Shown: positions 12,951-28,111 of the stretch, piece after piece
Layout of the letters: every line of letters starts with the position of its first letter
Position numbering within the stretch: the first letter of the stretch is position 1
Assembly: GCA_951406725.2 (NCBI GenBank)
Contig: OX597823.1
Span: 40,610,001 to 40,674,000, forward strand
Source of the DNA: Octopus vulgaris
Lineage: Eukaryota
DNA: 64,000 nucleotides
Direction: 5' to 3'
Translations under genes and position numbers: made by a program
Notes under the pieces: generated by a model
Seen by the model: only the letters and a program-made list of their open reading frames with translations
Told to the model about the DNA's origin: nothing
The model's database searches: none

Positions 12951-13640
12951 ATCCATATCGCTTTTGGTGATATGAGGAGTGACCAGGTGAAGTGAAAGAA
13001 TTGTAAACATTAGTGAATAGTAGTAATAGTAATATATGTGGTTCATTGTCTATTTGGCTGGATTTTCTTTTTCTCTTCTCTCTGCGCAGCCATACATCGT
13101 CTTCGGCGGAGGAGGCCGTCATGATATATACATATATATGTACGTACGTACGTATGTATGTATGTATGTATGTATGTATGTATGTATGTATGTATGTATG
13201 CATGTATGTATGTATGTATGTATGTATGTATAGGTAGACATATACATATACATGCATACATACACACATAGAAACATTCACATACAGAAAACCTTACACA
13301 CATATATATGATGTATATGTACATAACACACACGGAAAAAATATTTTCTAATTTAAAATACAAAAGGGAAACAAATACAATGAAATCTTGGAGCTCCTCG
13401 CTGTAATCTCCTGCTGTTTGTTCTGATCCATCTTTCTATCCACCAAAATGAATGATTTTATACAATTGAAGATTGGAGATTCTGCTTTAATTTTCAACTT
13501 AATACCATCTGGGATTTCAAGCTGTCACTCGTTATAACAAAGTTCAGCTTTATTTCTTTAGATCTTTTAAACTTTTTGTCTGATTTCCCTCATTTTATAC
13601 TAATTGTGTTGTTTCTGTCTGCGTGCTTGTGTGTGAGTTT

Positions 13641-13645
13641 GTTAT

Positions 13646-13692
<47 letters not shown>

Positions 13693-14145
13693 CATATTCA
13701 CTAACATATATATTCACTAACATATGCGCACCTGTATATGTATGTATATGCATACACACATGCATGTGTGCACGTGCATGTTATGTTTGAATGAATACAT
13801 GAACATATATGTATATATGTGGATAAGTGTGTGTATATGTACCTCTGTGTGTATGTGTATATACATGTACGTATATGTAGGTATGAATGCGAATATCTAT
13901 GCATTTATGTACGTGTATATGTATATATGTCTCTGTATTTATATGCATATATATATATGTTTGTATGTATGTGTGTATATATACGTGTATATATATATAT
14001 ATATATGTGTATTTGTGGATATGTATATATATATATGTATATCTATGTAAATATACATATGCATATATATCAATATGTACGCATATCCACACATTTTATT
14101 GCAGTTAGCCGTAGATTCTTGCATTTATATGCAATATATATATAG
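13641..14145. repeat. Degenerate (TA/TG)n low-complexity tract
   Basis: Direct reading. Similar tracts occur at 22680-23150, 30670-31015, 31540-31775, 45985-46310 and 49230-49470. Confidence 0.95.
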
Positions 14146-17100
14146 TTACTGAAAAGGAGGAATTTCGATTATCCCCATGTGGTGCATTGTAATATATATA
14201 AGAAACTGAAGAAGGAAAATGCAGACACTTTCGCTTTCGCTATGCCTGACTTTGAGATTTAATTATTTGAATACGTATTTTCTTAAGAAGGAATTTTTTG
14301 CTCCATTTTGTGTGTGATATTTATGAGTGAATGATTCAAACAGTAGAAAAACTAAGGAGAGGTAATTGGTTATCGTTATTATTGTTATTATTGTGTGCAG
14401 GGGAGATAACCGTCCAGCTTTCGGTAGGGGATGGGATATATATATATATATATATATATTTACGAAAATTCGAAAACTAGTTTAGTGGGGAGATGTATAT
14501 ACAGTGATGTAATCGTGAATTAAAATATGTAAAGAGATCAAAGTTGGTTATGCGTGCATATTTAGACGCGTTCTGTACTTTTCGAAAAATTGAGTTGATG
14601 CAATCAAATTATACCCCCTTCGAATTTACTGCATTGTGCCAAAGATTGAAACCAACAACATTCTTAAAAAAGACATATATAGCAGAGTGGTGAACTAATT
14701 CCAGACTGAAACAAGTTCAGAATTTCACAGATCCGAGCGCAAATTTCATATGAGATAATTTCGTCTTTCATTTGTATGAGGATATGACTTAGTCAAATGT
14801 TTATCGGAATAGAAAACGAGGCCTTAACATATTTTGTCCATGTCATAATCCTTTGAACTTCTCTAGCGGAGAATTGTTACTGAGTCGATATTCCAAACAA
14901 GCAGAACTATCCGTTGCAATATCCCCGCAACATTTCATATACATTTCAGAATATTCCATATGTAACCGACTCCATAAAGAAAAAACTAAAGCTTAGTACC
15001 TCTGATAGAGATTAATAACAGTAAAACTAATATGAAAGATAGTAGCGATGGTAGTTATGTTTATGAGATGACAGCAACCATATCGACTACGATGTTTGTA
15101 TGAACCATGTTGATAGTAATAATGTTTTCAAGTAAGATGGATGATGGATGAAAACACCAATAAAACTAACAGAAAAAAAAATACATTTCCAATTTCGGAG
15201 ATTAATATCTCCTGTAGACTTCCCTTTATACATGTTGGTAGCCACCCTTATACTTCCTCTATACCTTTTTATTGCAGCTAATGGACATCTCACACATACT
15301 CCACTGAATCTTCAAAGAATCTTGTAATACTTCGATTAATAAATTATGTTATAGGCATTGGTGATAGGATTAGTTATTAGATACGATAGATGCCGAAGAG
15401 TGAGTCCAAACATGTGATTAATTGCCTATTACCTGACGCTGAATAACGCCTCGCGGTGCCTGTGTATTATTTTATTTTTATGACCGAGAGAATGGTTTAC
15501 AGATAGTAACTACACAATTCTTAATTCTTCATATTGGTGAGATCAGCGCAAAACTATACAACTTATCACTATTAAGATTAACCGTTACAGAAATTATATT
15601 TATAGAGCCATTGACAGTAGCTAAGGATAACAATCTTATTTAAACTCCATTTTCAATGCTGGAAGCAAAGCATACCGACTCTGTTCAATAGCTTCCGCTT
15701 TTCGTTTCACAGATTATTGAGATAAGGAGTATTCAGTGCCACCTTTCAGGGAACAACACAGTGTGAGAATACTGGTGCTATTCCCCGAAAGAATAAATAA
15801 CAGACAGAAAGATGTTATTGGAGCCTACGTGTAATAGAGTTGACTGTTATACAAACAGAAAAAATATTATTCCTGATACTGGTGGAAAGATCATACCACC
15901 AAAGCTAAATTGTTTATTATTTGGCACTCCTTATTTTATCGAACTGTGCCAGAGGCGGTAAGGTGTAACCCTTAGACTCTACACTTCCTAACTGATTACT
16001 CAATAAGGAAATTAAATTTTCTTTGGTTTTCCCCCTTTCAGTTGCATATACATTTATTTCTAACAGAAAATGAAATAAACTGGATAATTTAATTGTTAAT
16101 AGCAAATAAGTAATATTGGGGGGAAAAAATTAACTTAAAATAAGATTTCTGGAATGTTAGATATGACAAAAGAAAAAAAGTAAATGTTGAAAAGAATATT
16201 AAAAAGATACGCAAAAATAAATAAATGCATAAAAAAATTAGACGCTGGAATATGCTTAAATTTTCCCCCTATTATTTGATTTCAGTGAGTGTGAAGACAT
16301 GTAGAATCGGTATTGATAGATGTCTGTATACACAAGAGTATAAGTGCAATTTATTCACTGTTTCAGTCTCTAGCTTTAAAGTAGACAAACTATAGCACCA
16401 CTACTGTGTCCAAATATTTTTACATGCAGGAAAATGCTGTACGTAGATCTCTTATATACCATATTACAAATTTACCTATTCTCAATTGCTTATCACCGCA
16501 TGTGCACAACATATATGTGTGTATGTTTAAATGTGATTTTACTTTTCATTTATTCATCTTTCTAGAGTAAGGGAACTTTTTTCTAACAAAGAAACAAAAC
16601 GCTCCGTTGATAACAATAATGAGAATTGTACCATGTCAATCTTTAAGTAGGACTTACATACGTTTACTGTTTCATTTACAGATTGTATCTGTAAACTTCG
16701 CGTTAGCTGGTCTTTTCCTCTACTTGAAGATCCTAGCTTTTCCAGATTATGTCTTAGGTATTTACTTACACCACCAACTGCATCAACGATAATTAGTATA
16801 TATGTAAATTTATAACCAGGGGAGAGGAGCTATGGGTTTTCATGCAGATATTAGAAGTTCTCCTTCTCGCTTATTTTGGTAAAGATGCATAGGTATACGA
16901 AGCAGTTAACCCTTATGATAATACCTGACTTTTGTTTCTGTCGGAAATAACTGCCAGGTCTCTTACGTTTGTACTTCGTGAAAAAAATATGTTCCACCTC
17001 GATTCTTTTTGCTGATAAATATATATGTTTGTATTCCATAGTAGAGAAGTTACTTATATTTATTGCAAGGTGGGTTTTTTCCTACGGATAGAATTATCTA

Positions 17101-17699
17101 TGTATGTAATGATACACGTACATACACAAACACTCACAAACATATGTATAAGTGTTTTGCGCATTTAAAGATTGTGAGAACCAGAGTAAAAGTTTACGTC
17201 TCTTGCCAAAATCGTACGGTAATATATGTGTCTCAAATATACTACAGTTTCATTTTAGAATTTTCTAACAATATTTAGTGTGGACTAATTAATATCGCCA
17301 TTGAATACCCATTGATTGTTATTAGTTTCTTTATACTATTTCTTACGAACTGCACAGGAATCCAAGGTTCTTATAGTATATAAAACATACTTTTACTTTA
17401 GCTCAGGATCGACAACAATAACCTAGATATGGGACGTTTCAGTGAAGTTAATTCCAACAAATGCTGAAAAGTGGCGGGTTGCACATACGGTAGATCAAGC
17501 GTAATCATACATTTTAATGATAAAGTAATTTTAGTGTTCAAGTGTATATTTATTCGGCATAAAACACGACGAGTATTTTCATTCAATAAAATAAAGCGTC
17601 TAGAAAAAAACGCTGACAACTGTATTAGAATACATTTCATTGTACGTGTAGAAAGAAGCTTGATTCTCGACCACATGGTTCTAGGTTCAGTCTAGCAGC

Positions 17700-18020
17700 G
17701 ACCGAGCTGGGGCACCTCCTTGAAAGGTTCAGCCGAACAAATTGACCCCAGCATTTATTTACTTTTGTTTGTAAGTATGGAAACTTACTGTATCGTTCTT
17801 TTTCGACGAATTGATATCAATACGCTTGGAGCACAAACTGATAAACATATACACATGTCTATCTATATACAACATGCTTCCACACATATTCAGTCTACCA
17901 AAGTGATTCACAAAGTCCTGTCGACATGGGGCTGTAATAGACGACATTTGCCAATGTGCAACGCAGTGGGACTGAACCCGGAATTATGTGGCTGGGAGGC
18001 AAACTTTTTACTACACAGCA
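17700..18020 (-). mobile_element. SINE family B, degenerate
   Basis: gtctaccaaa...cacaaag...gcagtgggactgaacccgga...ctacacagc is the reverse complement of the family B head. Confidence 0.7.
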
Positions 18021-18091
18021 ATGTCTTCCCCTACCTACCTACCTACCTACCTACCTACCTACCTACATACATACATACATACATACATACA

Positions 18092-18149
<58 letters not shown>

Positions 18150-18653
18150 CATACATACAGCGAAGATTATATCAGAGAATAAAACTTTATGGAATTTATA
18201 GTATAACAAATAGTCGATTAAATTGAAGCTTTTCATAAATTTATATCCATTGCAATTACTACTACACTATAGTTTCATTATATATACCCAGACTTGGTTA
18301 CACTTCGATATAACTTGGTCTCTCTCTATCTGTCTCTGTCTCTCGCTCTCTCTCACACACACGCATACATATATACAAGCATACATACGTACACACACAC
18401 ATATATATAATCAATTATATTGCGAGTTATAAACACAGGCGGGTATCATTTCACTACAGAACCATTTCGATAAATCGATAAGAGTTTCACTGAAATTCGT
18501 TTTTTTTCTTTAGGAAAAAAAATTACAATCATTTGATTTAAATAAAACAGCAGCTCCAACGACAACTGCATCAACAACTGCAGTATGAAGAATAATAAAA
18601 AAAACAAAAACAAATTGCAGTGTCAGAAGTAACGAAAACGAACAAGATAAAAA

Positions 18654-18685
<32 letters not shown>

Positions 18686-20189
18686 AATATATTTAGAAAC
18701 GTGAGAGTGAGTGGTGAATGTAAAACATACGTGATAGAGACGGAAAGGGAAAGGAGAGATAAAGAGAATGAGGGAGGGGGAAAAGAGAGATATATATAGA
18801 GAATGAGAGAGGAACTAACAGATGGAGACAAAATGCAAGATGAAAAGAAAATGGACGCTAAAAAGCAACAAAATCTGGTGGGATGAAGTAGTAAGGTGGG
18901 CGGGTGGTGGTGGGAGGAGGCAGTTGTATAATTAATTTTCTGTTGCACTGGAATGGCTGATAAATTGTAATTTTTTCTCCCCTAATTTACATTTCTGTAT
19001 TCCTTTTATTTTTAGTTTAATCATTGGTTTTGGTCATTAATTAAAAATATCTGGAAATAATAGTAATAAATAATGTGATTTCTAACTTTGGCTCGGGGCC
19101 ACGTAGTTTAGAGAAGGGTAGAGATGAGGATGAGATCAATTCCAATACTTCACTAGAATCATTTGTTGTAAAAGATAAAATAAAAAACCCGAGTCAGTAC
19201 TGATGGGATTTGAACTCAGAAATTAAAGAGAAGTAACTAAATACTTTAAATCAGTCAATTATGTCATTGTACGAGCCATCCAATCCACCATCTTAAGCCG
19301 TTCGATATCAACAATAAAAGTTATTCTTATAGATTTTTCTTTGTAAGTTTCTATTGAAAATTTTCTTTTTTTACTTCTCTTTGTCTGTACGGCCTTATCT
19401 AATCTAAACATATTGTTGCTATGTATCGACCAATTGTTTTCTGACATCCTAACACCTCTTCAAAATTACCAAACTGTATGATCAGTATGTTTCTAGTTCT
19501 TTTATGGCAATATTTAGCTTTCTTAGCGTCCTTGTAGAAATATTGATTTTTAGCAGAGGCACAAGGCATCGAATTTGTGAAGACGAGTAGAATCGATTAA
19601 ATCGATTAAATCGATACCTCAATATTTGATTTGTACATTATTTTATCGACTACGGAAGAATGAATTTTTCAGACGACCTCTGTGGAATTTGAACTTAGAT
19701 CTTAAAGGCATGTAACTAAACACTCCAAGTCGTTTTGCTTCTCAATCTATCAATTCTACTAATAAAATGTTGTATACACACGACCAAATGTCAAAGTGCC
19801 AGTATCCAACGACTTTTATTGTTCCTTCTACTTAGAAATGTCAAAGGATGTTGGAAGGGCTACAGTGGAATGTGACTCATTCTTGTTTTATCCGAGTTTA
19901 AGAACTTACGCGAAATCGACCAGCTCTCATTCTGTCAGCTTTTCTTTACATTTGACCGGCTTCTTATAAGTACTGGGCTTCTGCAGCTATATAAATTTAA
20001 CTAAAAGCAAATATCATAAGAGAGTAATCCTAACTTGTAATATCATGCATGATAGCGGGAGAAAGTCAAGAACATTCACCCCATTCAGTCATTCGACTTA
20101 TCTCTTCTGTCTAACCCTCTCCTCATTTATAGACAACTCTTTAGCCCAATCCTCGTTTATAAACAACCACGCTGTTAAGATGAGACACT

Positions 20190-21150
20190 CAAGGAAATAA
20201 TTTCCCTAAATTTTCATCCTCATCGTTGACTATCATCTACTCTCAGTAGGTTGAATATCAAGGTTCTCTATTCGAGTTTTTTTCTGCCGCTCTTACACAT
20301 TCAACATTTTATAGTTTAGTCCAGATGTTATCAAATTAGTCTTACTCTCGACTGTTTGCTCTAAGTCTTAGTTTCATCAAATTTATAGTTTTCTTGATGA
20401 AACCGATTTTGCGTTAAGAATAAACTACTTAACACTCCTAAGCCACGGACAGAGGCAGGTTGTTCATGCAGGACCAAGAATGAATGCCCAATGGACAACC
20501 GAAGTAACACCGAGATTACAGTGTACCAAGCAAAGGTAGCTTCAAATGGAAGCAGCACAAATATCAATAACATCAATGCTAACACAGGGACACAAACTAA
20601 AATTTATGTCGGATCTTGTGAATCTAGATTTAAAATTCGCCTGAACGACCACAGATCTTCTTTCAGGGTCCCAGAAAGACGCAACACAACAACACTTGCA
20701 GTATACATATGGCATCTAAAGGCCCTTTAACATCAGGTGGAAATTAGTGGAAACTTGTGGACTCTATCGTAATGGAACAAGACTGTATAAATTGTGTTTG
20801 GCAGAAAGTTATATAATTCTCATGAACTCACATGAACCGGGAGGCTACCTTAACTCCAGGACGGAAGCCATGGGGAGTTGCCCACATTTTCGGAAGCTTT
20901 TACTTAAAAATTGGAAATCCTAGCTATCAAGTGAAGGAAGACAACACGCCCGGCCATATTTTTAAAGAGGAATATTTCTTGAAGTATCATTGTCTTTCTT
21001 GTGTTTTAAAACAAACACTCTTTAGAGAAACTGAAGACATGCCTAATTCACGCTAGATATGAAACCAATGTTTTTTTTTTCTAAACTTACGTTACACATA
21101 AACAAATATGTATGCTCTTCTCCTGATTTATGATATTGTAACTAAGATAT
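20190..21150 (+). mobile_element. Penelope-like element 3' fragment: GIY-YIG endonuclease plus terminal repeat
   Basis: SRLNIKVLYS ... GCSCRTKNECPMD ... VYQAKV ... KIYVGSCESRFKIRLNDHRSSF ... TTLAVYIWHLK (ORF 20491-20730). Continues out of frame as IRWKLV..YRNGTRLYKLCLAES..LNSRTEAMGSCPHFRKLLL. A hammerhead-like fold lies at 21021-21085. Confidence 0.88.
21021..21085 (+). ncRNA. Putative minimal hammerhead ribozyme (degenerate)
   Basis: tttagagaaa-CTGAAGA-c-atgccta-attcacgc-tagatat-GAAAC-caat-GTT-tttttttt-ctaaa, located just 3' of the PLE ORF. Confidence 0.5.
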
Positions 21151-21167
21151 ATATATATATATATATA

Positions 21168-21281
21168 TCACGTGATCACGTGACCGACCAGACCATCAGA
21201 TGTTTTACACATCGCTGATCACAATGCGTTCGCATTGTTTTAGCCTTCGAATGACGCCACCCCGCTGGCTAAGCGAGCAGG

Positions 21282-21285
<4 letters not shown>
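21168..21285 (-). mobile_element. SINE family C, 3' fragment
   Basis: Reverse complement of the 3' end of 45735-45985 (gcctgctcgc..agccag...gaaggcta..acaat...cagcgatgtgtaa...cgtgatc). Confidence 0.8.
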
Positions 21286-21319
<34 letters not shown>

Positions 21320-21327
<8 letters not shown>

Positions 21328-21485
21328 GGTGCTCTTTCAGTTTCCGTCTAACAAATCTACTCACAAGGCTTTGGTCGGCCTGAGGCTATAGTAGAAGACA
21401 CTCGCCCAAGGTGCCATGTAGTGTGACTGAACCCAGAACCATGTAGCTGGGAAGCAACTTTCTTAACGTACACCCACGTCTGCGC
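21320..21485 (-). mobile_element. SINE family B, 5' half
   Basis: tttcagtttccgtcta...actcacaaggctttggtcggcc...ctatagtagaagacac...cccaaggtgcca...gactgaaccc. Confidence 0.85.
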
Positions 21486-22814
21486 GTATATGTTCACAAA
21501 TCTATAGGTTTCTTATTCACAAATTGGCTATAATTGTTTTCACTGAATTATCAAGTTTAGGGTGATGGATGAGGATGGAGTAGAAGAAAGAAAACTAGAG
21601 ACGAGGGCTTACACTGTAGTGCTGGCTGAAAGATGTACTCATTGCAGGGCTCACCCAGGTCGCAGATTACCCTGAGGCCGTCCCTGGTTCTAAGCTGTTG
21701 TTGTTCATTAAGTTCTTGCCAGCACTTATGCTATGATAAGTACTGCTGCCACTATTCCCATCCTGTTTTTGTTGTGGACTATATTGTGCAATATGTATCC
21801 TGTCATTTTAACGCGATTGAGTGTGATTTAAAAAGATCACACTGTTATTTCTAGCAGGTCCAATCACCGCATAATCTGGACATAAACTTGTGAAAGTGAC
21901 ATATTCGCTGCCGAAACGTTTCTTATTGCAATAATATTTCTAATTTAAAACTGAAGAAATGTCGATGTCTTTGGGAGAACGAATTCTAGTCGATTACATA
22001 AACCCTGTTTCTTGACTGGCACTTTATTTTATCGAACCTCCAAAAGGATGTAAAGCAAAGTAAATCTCAGTAGAATTTGAACCTTAGTTGAATAGCAGTT
22101 TACTGAACCTTTTTCCCGAACGTTTTTCCTGAACGTTATTAAAGTTTATTCAATTTAATCGACATTTTGGTTACGTTCGTTAAAACTGTATTGTTTTACT
22201 TTATTTGTATGTCATTTCGCTGACATTACGACACTAACAACCATTTAACGATCAATATTGAGTTAATATTTATAACTCATAGGAATAATTTTAACAAATA
22301 TTGAAGTGAAATAAATAATAAATAACTACGAATGAATCTCTCATCGTGGAAGAGAGAGGTAAATATGTCAGCTTTATCAACGTACAACGAGGTGTCCATA
22401 CGGAACTATCAAAGCTGGTACTAAAAGGGAAGAAAACAGCTTGATGTAGTGTCATTCATTCTTAGTCTATTGTCAATTAAGAACTTATGAGAAAGTAAGC
22501 TCTCCAAATCTGGCATAAAACCAAATAGAGGATTTCATTGAAAAAATGTTTAGATGCAAAACGAAAACAAAACAAAACAGTATTTTTGTTTTGTACTTAT
22601 GAGAAATCATTGAAATTTTAATATAATTTCACTTCGAAAATAATCTTTTATTTTGCTCTTAATATTTATTGGCATATAGGTGTATGTGTGCATATGTATT
22701 TGTGTGTACGTGTGTACGTATGTGTATGCGTGTGTATGTGTGTGTGTGAATATGTATATACACACGTACAAGTATATTTGTGTTTATGTATATATTTAGA
22801 TATGTATTTATGTA

Positions 22815-22854
<40 letters not shown>

Positions 22855-23377
22855 CATATTAATATATATACATATATATATATATGTATATATGTATATA
22901 TATATATATATAAATATATATATATATGCATGTGTATATATATGTATATATGTATATGTGTATATTTATATATGTATATATATGTGTGTATGTGTGTATA
23001 TATATATATGTATATATGTATATATATATGTATGTATATATAAATATATGTATGTATATGCGTGTGTGTGTATGCGTGTGTGTGTATGCGTGTGTGTGTG
23101 TGTATGCGTGTGTGTGTATGCGTGTGTGTGTATGCGTGTGTGTGTGTGTATCAGTGGGTTTATGCATGGCTATATTATTTTTTTTTCCGTATAAACAAAA
23201 TTATGTAGATATTTTATTAAAACTGCAACAAAAATTAATGGACAGTTATGTGTACTGCATTTCTGATGTGGCGTGAAATTAAATGACTTGGAATGCAGTA
23301 AATAAAATATTTACCACAAGTTGTCAATTTTTACCTCATCCATTGCACATACGCACATACAAACACACAGACGCACG

Positions 23378-23560
<183 letters not shown>

Positions 23561-24195
23561 GTATGTATGTATGTATCCATCTATCTATCTATCTATCTCT
23601 ATCTCTCTCTTTCTCTCTCTGTATGTATATCGATCTATCTGTATGTCTAACTACTTAGCTAGCTACCTATATCTATCTTCTCTGTCTGTCTTTCTTTCTG
23701 CCTGTCTCTTCCACATAGACGTAAACACACTCACAGACACACACATTTACATACATACATACACACAGTTACATACATACATACAGACAGACATACATAC
23801 ATATATACATACATACATACAAACACACATACTCACAAACAAACATGCATTCACATACATACACACATGCTTATTGAAAAAGCAAACATATTCTCTCATA
23901 GCTGTGTCTCCTTATATATAGACCCCGCACCACACATCTGTGTGTGTTTGTTTGCATGTGCGTGTATGTGTGTGTATTGTAGCTATCACCAAGAAACGTA
24001 AAAGGAAACCGTCGTTATAGATAATGAATATAAATAATAAATATAAAGAATGAAATAAATAACATGAAATATAGAAATGTAAAAGCTGAACAATAAAATA
24101 TAATTATAACAATAAAAAGTGAAATAAAATGCAAAATAATGAAAAACTCGGAATGTATATAATAGAAAACTCAAGTGTGTAGTAACACACACACA

Positions 24196-24292
<97 letters not shown>

Positions 24293-24369
24293 ACACATAT
24301 ACACATACACACGCAGAGGCTTGTAGAAATGTCGATGTCTTGAATGCCACTCTAAAAATTCTCAGCGCT

Positions 24370-24494
<125 letters not shown>

Positions 24495-24680
24495 GAGCTA
24501 GCTATCGTAATCTTACGTAAAGTTACATTACTTAAGAGGCTCGAGTTTTGTGTATGGCTCTTGTCAACGAAATTTTGTGTCCTTCAGCAGACATACATAC
24601 GCACATACATATATGCACACACATGCATTCATGCATACACACGTCCGTAGATGCACACGCATATTACATAACATGTATAC

Positions 24681-24721
<41 letters not shown>

Positions 24722-25173
24722 GAGAGAGGGGAAAATAGAGAGGGAGAGAGAGTGACATAGTATGATAGATAGATAGATATACGTATACATGAATATATGT
24801 ATATGTACACGTAGACGTATGTGCATTTCTCTACATATATATACATCCCCTAACTCCCTTACTGGTATGACATGAGGCGATATAGAGAGCGATAGGGGAG
24901 GAAAACGGAAGGAAAAGTACGGGTTTGAAAATGATGTAATTTTGTTCTTCATAATAAGGACACAATGGGAAACGTGTATTGATGATCTCCACTTAAAGCG
25001 ATCCAGGGCTCTTTCTCAGCTGCTCCTCAAACCACGAAGTAAAAAAAAACAACAACAAATAAATAAGTATATAAAACTGAATATGTAAAAATGTAAACGG
25101 GAAAACAAGAAAAAGTAAATTGATAGAAAAATGATGGAAATGATAGAAAATAAAATATGAGTGTGTTTGTATG

Positions 25174-25210
<37 letters not shown>

Positions 25211-25421
25211 CGTTTCGGGCAAATTATATAATAAAGTAAAATACTGACATTTGTTTCTGTTTTTACTTTCAATCTTTCTTTTTATTGACCGGTAGAAGTA
25301 GGAATTGAAGTGGTGCAGCTGACTGGAGTGGCCACCCGAACGGAATATGCTATGAAAACATTACATCTGTAAATCACGGGCGATTAGCTTCAAGGTTGAA
25401 TTAGGCATGCAGATAGATAGT

Positions 25422-25487
<66 letters not shown>

Positions 25488-27197
25488 TTTAGGAAGAGCG
25501 GTAAGTAGGTAAGGAGATTGGCTGCCGTAAATGTTAGCTGAGAGAGATATAAGCAACTTCGTGGAATAGTAACTCTTTCCAGAAGTTGGATGAGATTTTT
25601 GCTTTTTCCTTCATCAAATTCCTTTCTGCTTTCTTCCTCTTATCTCAAGTAGCTGGCGTATTTGTTTTTATGCCGTGTGTATTTATATATTTATGCATGG
25701 ATGTACCTCTGCGTGCATGTGTGCGTGTTTTGTAGCTTTGTAGGAGCCCTGAATGGCTTGTTCTTTCAGATTAGATGTTTTCCATTATGTGTAAAGGTAG
25801 TATTCTTGTTCTCCTGCGTTTTTCATCTAAAGAAAAACACGTGCAATAAGAAACGAATGAACACAAATATATTTTCGTCTTAAGTCTTCAAATCATGTTT
25901 CTTCACCTTTTACTGAATATATTTAGTACCACTCGATCCGGTGTAGTGCTTCTCACCACCATCCAGGCTCTATCGCTAGAGCTCTGGATGAAAAAAAAAA
26001 CCTTGCGGTATTTGTTTTGGACTCCAAGGATCTATATTCAAATTTCGTCGATGTCAGTTTTGCTTCCATTCTTTCGGGCTCCATAAAACACGAAGAGAGT
26101 ACCCCAGACAGTGATTGATGGAACTGAAATGACGCTGGTATTTGTTACTAGGTTTTTGAATTCAAATCTTGCGATGTTCCGTGGGTGTCTTTAACAGTGA
26201 GTACTATAATACAACCATCTGGACCAGGTCTTCGATTTGCGAATATTTTCATCCCATCCGCCTCGGGGATTCTGTAAAGGATCAGTGGCATTGCTTTCCT
26301 TCCTTACTAAGAAATAATATATATATATATATATATATTCATAAAGTATATGTTCTTTTAGTGATTTCAACCATTGGATAGCGGTCATACTTGTAAAATG
26401 TCATTGTCAAACTCAGGCACTCACGCATGTAATTCAGTGCACGATCCAGAAACCGTGCAGGCTCAAATAACATGGTTATGTTGCTTGATTGCCAAGCCCT
26501 GAAAGGTACGCTATGAAAGCCTGCTTGATCACAGGACTTTTCAAGCATGAAATTTGAGTTAGCTCATGCCTAAATTCTGTATTCATTAAATATTTATCTC
26601 TTACCGTATTCAATGCCTTTTTAACCGATTTTATCAACAAACGAATAATTCACCAGACACGCACGCACACACACACACGCACACACACATACACACACGC
26701 ACACAAACACACACATACATACATAGATACATACATACACATGTAGCAGTATCCCAGACTTGTCTAAAAATGGTTGGTCAGAGTCTTTAAGCAAGACACA
26801 TTTATCCAAGGTATGACGACGCAGTGAAGGAGGATCCTAAGCCCATTGGCGAACTGTCTAACCATGCAGGCATATTTGTACCTACACACACATACTCACC
26901 CACTCACACATATATTAGCAAAGCGTCGTAAAGCCATAGCTGTCAGCGATAACTTGTTCTATATCGTGAGCAACATGTACTTCCTTTCTGCTCTCCATCA
27001 TCTCTTCTTGGACTTTCCTCTAGTATCCGACAAAGAAACCTTATACTTTTCCTTTATTTCTCCTTTCTTTCTCTGACCATCAATCTAATAGCATTAACTG
27101 TGGACTTCTCTTGGACTTCTTTTGATTTTTGTCATTTCTTTTGCATTTGATTTGCTAAACATAGATACAGACACATATATACATATGTATACCTCTT

Positions 27198-27296
<99 letters not shown>

Positions 27297-27299
27297 GTC

Positions 27300-27595
27300 T
27301 AGCGGTGGTGGGGGACAAACACAGACACACTGACCACACAGACACACTGACCACACAGACGCACAAATAAATAAATATATCATATATATATACATTCATA
27401 TATATTTATACATATATATATATACCATATATGTATACACACACACACACACACACATATATACATATATATATATACGACGGGCTTTTTTCTGTTTCCG
27501 TCAACCAGATCCACTAATAAGGCATTGTTCGCCCCGAGGTTATAGAGAGACTGAACTCGAAGCTATATGTTGGGGAAGCACATTTCTTGCCACAC
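27300..27595 (-). mobile_element. SINE family B, partial
   Basis: gcggtggtggggacaaacacagacac...(TA/CA)n...acgacgggcttt..gtttccgtc.accagatccact. Confidence 0.75.
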
Positions 27596-27963
27596 ATAAA
27601 TATATGTCCATAAAGTTAACCAGACATATGTATATATATTAATATACATTTTGATTTAGACGTGGAATCTCTTCTGGCTTCTGAATCCTGTAACTAATAT
27701 TGTATCTATGAAGTCGCAACTACTCCAAATCTTTGTTGAAGATTTTCTCATCTTTATATTAAAAATCTAACACATTTTCTGTTGCCTTTCCATTCAGTTG
27801 ACGGCTGACTACACTTTTGAGCTGTATTCTATTTGCCTGTGCGAACTTGTCTTCATAATATCGACTATTTCTGCTATCCATTCTGGAACCATACACGATC
27901 GATGATCTCATATTCTATCGCCTATCTCCTTATTATCTTTCTGTTTATTACCTCTCAACTCTT

Positions 27964-28038
<75 letters not shown>

Positions 28039-28047
28039 CGTACGTGC

Positions 28048-28111
<64 letters not shown>

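Noticed and set aside
13370-13525. Minus-strand open frame LEIPDGIKLKIKAESP…
   Set aside because: Weak splice sites and no recognisable homology.
16540-16800. Possible further Penelope GIY-YIG remnant on the minus strand
   Set aside because: Only vague motif resemblance, and I could not recover ordered motifs with confidence.
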